DNA of 64,000 nucleotides from Sarea resinae (Eukaryota): NCBI GenBank assembly GCA_026026165.1, contig JAPEUD010000008.1, positions 248,001 to 312,000 of the forward strand, read 5' to 3'. Shown piece by piece: positions 58,617 to 64,000 of this stretch (position 1 is its first letter; each line of letters starts with the position of its first letter). The notes under the pieces were generated by a model. It saw only the letters and a program-made list of their open reading frames with translations, ran no database searches and was not told where the DNA came from. The position numbers and the translations under genes were made by a program.

Positions 58617-61013
58617 TCACATGCGCTCGACCGGACTCAGGCCCAGCACGACCATGCCATTCCACAGGACCTGCCTGGCGGCAGCGAAGACGGCCATGCG
58701 GGCGGCGCGGACCTCGTCCTCGCTGCCGACGACCTTGAGCACGTCGTACGAGCTGCTGAGCAGGTGCGTCATCTTGAACAGGTAGGTCAGGATGGTGACG
58801 GGCTCGTGCGTCTTGAGCGCGTTCTGGACGACGTCGGGGTATTGCGCCAGGCTGCGGATGAGGAGGTGGGCGTGCGGTTCGGTGAGGAGGGAGAGGTTGG
58901 CGCTGAGGAGGGGGTCGTTGATGTTGGTGGTGGTGGTGGTGGTGGTGGTGGTTGAGGAGGACGTTGGCAGCGAGGAGAGGTAGCGTCGGTGGATGGAGCA
59001 GAGTCGGGCGTGCGCGTATTGGAGGTAGGGACCTGTGTCACCTTCGAAGGATGTCATTCGGGAGAGCGAAAATTCGTAGTTGTTTATACTGTTGCGAGAG
59101 TGTTAGTGTTTGAATAAAAGGATGGACTTGCGTGTTGCCTGGGTTTGGGTCGATGGAGGGGGAAAAGAGAGGGAGGTGGCGCAACATTGAGCCAAGGCGA
59201 AGACATCGATAGGAGTACATACCGCTTGCCGCTCATATCCTGAACCATGACACTCGAGATTCCCAAAGTATCAGCCACCTGGTCTGGATTCTCGACCTGC
59301 TCGTACTTGGCCTGGTTGGCGCGCATGACCTCGTGCATCTTGTCGCCGACGTCACGGAGGATGTCATCCAGGAACTTGGCCGTGCCCTTGCGCGTGCTCA
59401 TGCCCAGTACAAGTCCGAACGTGATGTGCTGGCATTTCTCCGAGATGTCCTTGCGGCCCATGAGTTCTTCAATCTTGAACAATTGTGCCAGATGTAGGTC
59501 CTGCTGCGAGGCCACGACGTAGATCATCTTGTCGAAGTGATACTTGTCGTAGCGCTCCATGGCGGCACCGATGTCTCGGGTCAGGTACAGGCTGGTGCCG
59601 TCCTTCTTCTTGACGATGGCCTTGCCAAGTTTTTTCGCGTGCTTGGTCAAGTCGACGATGACGGCGCCCTCGGACTCCTCGGACACGCCGGTCTCTTCCA
59701 TGATCTTGGAGACTTTGTCCAGGCTCTCGGCCTTGACTTGCGATTCGCCCGAGTAGTCATCGTAGTGGATGTTCAGTCGGCTGTACGTCTGCTTGTACCG
59801 CTCGATGCTCAGATCGCGGAATTTCCGCCACGTTGCGAGCGCCTCTTCATCACCGTCTTCCATGCGCTTGAAGTATTTCCGAGCCCGCTCGTCCACACTC
59901 TCCTCTTGCATTTTTGCGAGCTCAACCTCCTGTTCTGTCACATCCTCGTTCTTTCCCTGTGTGGCAAGGATCTCCTCTTTCTTGGCTTTGATCTTGTCCC
60001 CTTCTTCCTTTGCGATCGCATTGATCTTGACGTAGACATCGTACAGATGGCCAATTGGGTTCTCCAGCAGCTTTGCTTCATCCCCAAAGGCTTCGTAGCC
60101 CATGGCCAAGATTCCGTATTGCTTGCCCCAGTCGCCCAAGTAGTTCATCCTGACAACATCCCATCCTGCACCTTCGTAGAGATTCGACAGGAAGCCGCCG
60201 ATAATGGTACTCCGAAGATGGCCGGCATGGAACGGTTTGGCGATGTTGGGCGAGGAGAACTCAACAATGATCTTCTTCTTTCCCTTGGAGGGATCCGAGG
60301 GATCTTTAAGGCCATTGTGTGGGTTCAGACCAAAGGCTGCTGTGCTTTTGAGGATTGACGGAAGCACCAGCTTCGCTAGCGCTTCCGGCTTGAAGTAAAA
60401 TTGGAGGTATGCGCCATTGACTGTGGGTTTCGCGACGAGAGGTGTTTCGGGGAACTATATATCTCGGATGAGCAAGAAGGGCTTTCTCGGTGGCTATGCT
60501 AAATATAAATACCTTCTCCCCCCATTGTGCTGCTAGCTCATTTGGCTTTGCGCCCTTGACCCTCAAGGCCGGCACTGGCAGGGTAAGATCTCCCTTGTCC
60601 AGAGTCTGTGTCCATTGTAGAGCGGGATAGATGATCTTCGGGTCCACACCCGTAATAGCCGCCAGGTGCTCTGTGATGTGCACTCGGTAGATATCCACAG
60701 GATTGAGGGTGGGGTATGAATTGGGGTATTGGGGGAGGTCTGAGATGCCTAGAGACTCTAGAGAAGCGGCGAGTTCGTCCGGAGACTGGGCTTTGGATTT
60801 TTCAACAGCGTCCATGATGGGCGAGGGAGGTGTGAGTCTGAAAGGTAGAGAGGGTAAAGTTGCACCGGAGTGAAATCGAGGGGCAGCTTTAAAGGCTGTG
60901 GATAGTGGGGTCGGCCGGCCGAGGTGAGTCACGGCAAATGGATTTTTGGAATTTGCTGACTGGGTTGTGAGTCGGAGTATGCGCGCAACCAGAGGACCCG
61001 ATCGAGAGCGCAT
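58617..61013 (-). CDS. Arginyl-tRNA synthetase (class I), 3 exons, two in-frame ATGs (61013 and 60815)
   Basis: VEFSSPNIAKPFHAGHLRSTIIG, MNYLGDWGKQYG, DGTSLYLTRDI, GMSTRKG, FEGDTGPYLQYAHARLCSI and LGLSPVERM*. Confidence 0.97.
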
Positions 61014-61472
61014 ACAAAAAGCATTCGAAGCCAGAATAGCGTCTAATGTTGAATATCGGTGGGCGAGCGTACGAGGAGGAAAATAAAACAGTGGTTTGTG
61101 CCTCTATTTGCCGTCCCTAAAGTGTCAAACCTTCGGATACGCTGTAGTACTGCGCAGTAGTTTTGGTGCAACTTTTTCTACGGCAAAACAAGGCCGCCAC
61201 TCACGCTGTCCCTATAAAACCCATTTGTCCTCCAGTCATAGCCATCTCACTTACTCACGGACATGTAAAGGATTTGGTTGCACATCATGAAAGACCTCAA
61301 AGACTCAGCATCGATGATAGACCATAGAAGTGAAGTCTAGACATTCCATTGATAATCAGGTCGTAGATTACCATTGGCAGACTGACTATCTATTGAAGTG
61401 AGTCGACAAAAACAAAAAAAAAAACATTAGAGAAAAAGGAAAAGCAGAAAAGATCCGTTGTGTGCTCCGTAT

Positions 61473-62013
61473 TTACTCTGCTGGCTTCTCGGACTTCCCC
61501 TCCAGCTGCTGTCGCAATGATTCGTTCTGCTGCTCAAGTCTTCCGATCAGATCCTGCTGGCCGTCAAAGGCCTCCCTGGCCTCCTGCGCTGCCTCTTGGT
61601 CTTCGCGGAGCATTTCAACCTCATCACGAAGTTCACCCAGTTTCCAGTCTACCTTCGCCGTAGTGTAATCCTCATTGAGACGATCCACCTCCAGATTGCT
61701 GAGTATAAGGTTCTCCTCCATTTCGCCCAGCTCCTCCTCTGTGCGCGCCCGGTATTCCTCATGTCGCTTCTGCAGCTCGCGCAGAAGTTCATGATCGCGC
61801 CGAAAGAACCGAAGTGCTGTCCGAGCTCGACCGCGGTGGCGATCAAGACTGAGGCGGAGCGCTGGGGATTGGATCTTGAACGTATCAGTAAGAGTGCCGA
61901 AGCAATTTCAGATCGGATCTTACATGGTATCCCGTGCCCTGCCTTCGAACGGGACTCGATGGAATGGCCGCATTTTGGAAGCTCAACTGAGGCCCCCGAG
62001 CAGCTATTCGCAT
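61473..62013 (-). CDS. Hypothetical coiled-coil protein, about 2 exons; 5' end uncertain
   Basis: A GTAAGA..CTGAT..AAG intron joins MRIAARGPQL...GYH to IQSPALRL...HELLRELQKRHEEYRARTEEELGEMEENL...LEQQNESLRQQLE. Confidence 0.5.
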
Positions 62014-62834
62014 CAGACGGTGGGCGGTGTGCAAACGCTCATTGGCGACTTCGGAGATGCATTAGTTTCTTAGTTGAACTCATGAATGTTCTTTCTGATC
62101 AGGGTACGTTGTGAGGGAAGTAGGAGAATAAGGATATTCAAGTAGAGATAGTGCAGGAAGTGGCTCACAGTGGGTTTGTTTCGTCTTCGGTCTCTTGGAA
62201 AACATATTTGAAGTGATAGTGAGAAATGTGTGATGATTCGACAGGATGAAGTTTTTGAATGAGCAAGGATCCGTAATCGTTCAGCACGAAGAGGAGAATC
62301 CAAAAGAAAGAAGAGAAAGAGGCCCTGGGCGACTAAATAGTAACAAGCTACCCGCTGAGGGACGCCGAGAGGCGCCGAGACGACGAGACTGTCTGGAAGT
62401 GGAAGACCAGGTCCGTCCACAAGCGTGAACAAGCAGTGAATGGATCTTGGGTGAAGACATCATCCAGAGACGACGTCATCCAGATCTGGCGTGTTTGACT
62501 ATTAACAAACGCGCCGAGACGCCGAGACACCCTCAAAGTAGAAGAAGCTGCTGCTTCTATGGCTATATGCACAGCGTTGGACGAGAGATCGAAAAGGGGA
62601 CGGAAGCGTTGTGGAAGTAGGAAATAAGACGACATTTTCAAAGCAGAAGGGTTCTTGCCTTTCCTCAATTGGATGAACAAGGCTACTAAATTAAAGGCAT
62701 TTGAGAAAAAGGGTCAATTATCAAGGAAAGAGCCGATCCCGCCGGACCACGCCTAATGCGATGATGACTGTCCAGCGACTGAAATAGATTCGTAAGATTA
62801 GTGTACATCATCAAGAAAGGGATATCAAAAACGA

Positions 62835-64000
62835 TCAATCCGAAAGTGCAATAACGCTAATCGAATCCCAGATCCTCCGCTTTCTACGCCTGCGATCTCT
62901 TGTTCTTGAGTCTGTGTCACCAAACATCTTCGGAGCGCCGTCGACAGCATCCCAAGCGGAGTCGGGAATACCATCAGATACATCCTCTGGAGGACTGTCC
63001 TTCGCGGGAATTGCAGGTGCGACTGGCGCTTGTGAGGATGGCGGCGGAGCGGAACGGTGCCGTTTGGGTTTGACAAGGAGTAATATAAATAAGCCCACGA
63101 CGATGAGAAGAAGCAAGAGTATAGCTTTTCGTTTGGTGGTCTTGCGTTGGTATCCAGTGGCCTGTTGTGTATTTATCAGCTCGAAAATGTCCGATGTGGA
63201 GGGAAATACGATTACGTACCACTGTCAACTCCGTGTCGGCCGCTTTGACATCGACGGCCATCCTCTCGACATTATAATCTATCCGATCCAACATAGTCCC
63301 TTGGTCTATCACCATTGTATGAAGCTCCTTGAAGATGTCCGCAAGCTCTATTATTCCCTTTGCAATATCCGTAATCTCCCGTTCTCGTTGTATGATAGCC
63401 GCGTCATTACTGGCGAGCCGTGTTTGAGACGTTTGCTGCAGCGTTGATTGAGAGAAAGACTTGTCCGCATCCGACTCCATGAGAGAAGGGTCCGTGTATG
63501 GGTTCTGGCTCGGTGTGCCCGATCGCTCTAATGGAGAAGCCATGCCATCGAGTCCCCGTAATTCTAAGTCAAGTCAGTCAGCAGACTCGCCATTGAATGT
63601 GAGAAGACTCACTCTTCAAGTAAGCGCTCTGCTTTTTCCTGAAGCCGCCACTAGCCTCCTGCACCCGCGAAGCCAGCGAAATCTGTATGTTCTTCGCCAT
63701 GGTCTCTTCGCCGTTACTGACACTTCCGGTCTGCTTGGACTCCCTGACCAGCTTGTCGATTTTCTGTATTGCTCTCTGGCAGGCATGAAAACCCCGCGTG
63801 ATCTCCTGGGTCAGATCCTCGATCTCATTCTCCTCTCGCCTCCTCACCTCCTCGTCGTCAAAGCCTGGCAAAACGTGCTTCTGATGGAGCTTGTCGAGCT
63901 TGGCGGACCTCTTGGAAATGTCCACGAGCAAATCCGTGACTTCGTCCTGGATCTCGGTCCACCGTGGAGGCAACAGGTCCATCTCAATGACCGCGTCGCC
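62835..64000 (-). CDS. TLG2: Syntaxin-16-like t-SNARE Tlg2, 5'-truncated by the window end
   Basis: EMDLLPPRW, LHQKHVLPGFDD, FRKKQSAYLK, QREREITDIAKGIIELADIFKELHTMVIDQGTMLDRIDYNVE and TM ILLLLIVVGLFILLLV. Confidence 0.95.

Noticed and set aside
62760..62812. Box C (ATGATGA) and CTGA with a GATGATG/CATCATC stem, possibly a snoRNA
   Set aside because: No terminal D box, no recognisable rRNA guide, and it lies antisense to the TLG2 3' region.

Overview
Gene-dense, intron-containing DNA from a filamentous ascomycete (Pezizomycotina-type GT..AG introns with CTRAC/CTRAT branch sites and many microsatellites). The conserved core genes are ECM15-like, YAF9, COQ11-like, SYF2, a Trf4/Cid1-like nucleotidyltransferase, CCDC47-like, MDM34, a secreted PI-PLC-like protein, an FNR-type reductase, DBP9, RTT103, CLC1, ArgRS and TLG2 (truncated by the window end). 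Two accessory-looking stretches interrupt them. The first (about 18.4-23.7 kb) is bracketed by a diverged direct repeat and holds two pseudogenes. The second (about 37.4-53.2 kb) holds an intact 7-exon DUF6590-like gene whose domain aligns by eye with PemK/MazF RNases, a coiled-coil ORF, a GFA-family pseudogene, a divergent velvet-domain gene, two paralogous single-TM micro-ORFs in a local duplication, and a 1074-aa TM protein with C-terminal repeats. The most notable observations are the MazF-like domain, a nucleotidyltransferase lacking all three catalytic Asp, a velvet protein lacking its basic DNA-binding loop, and the micro-ORF array. I recognised no tRNA, rRNA, CRISPR array or intact transposon. 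All family assignments come from motif recognition by eye, not database searches, and exon boundaries are hand-derived.
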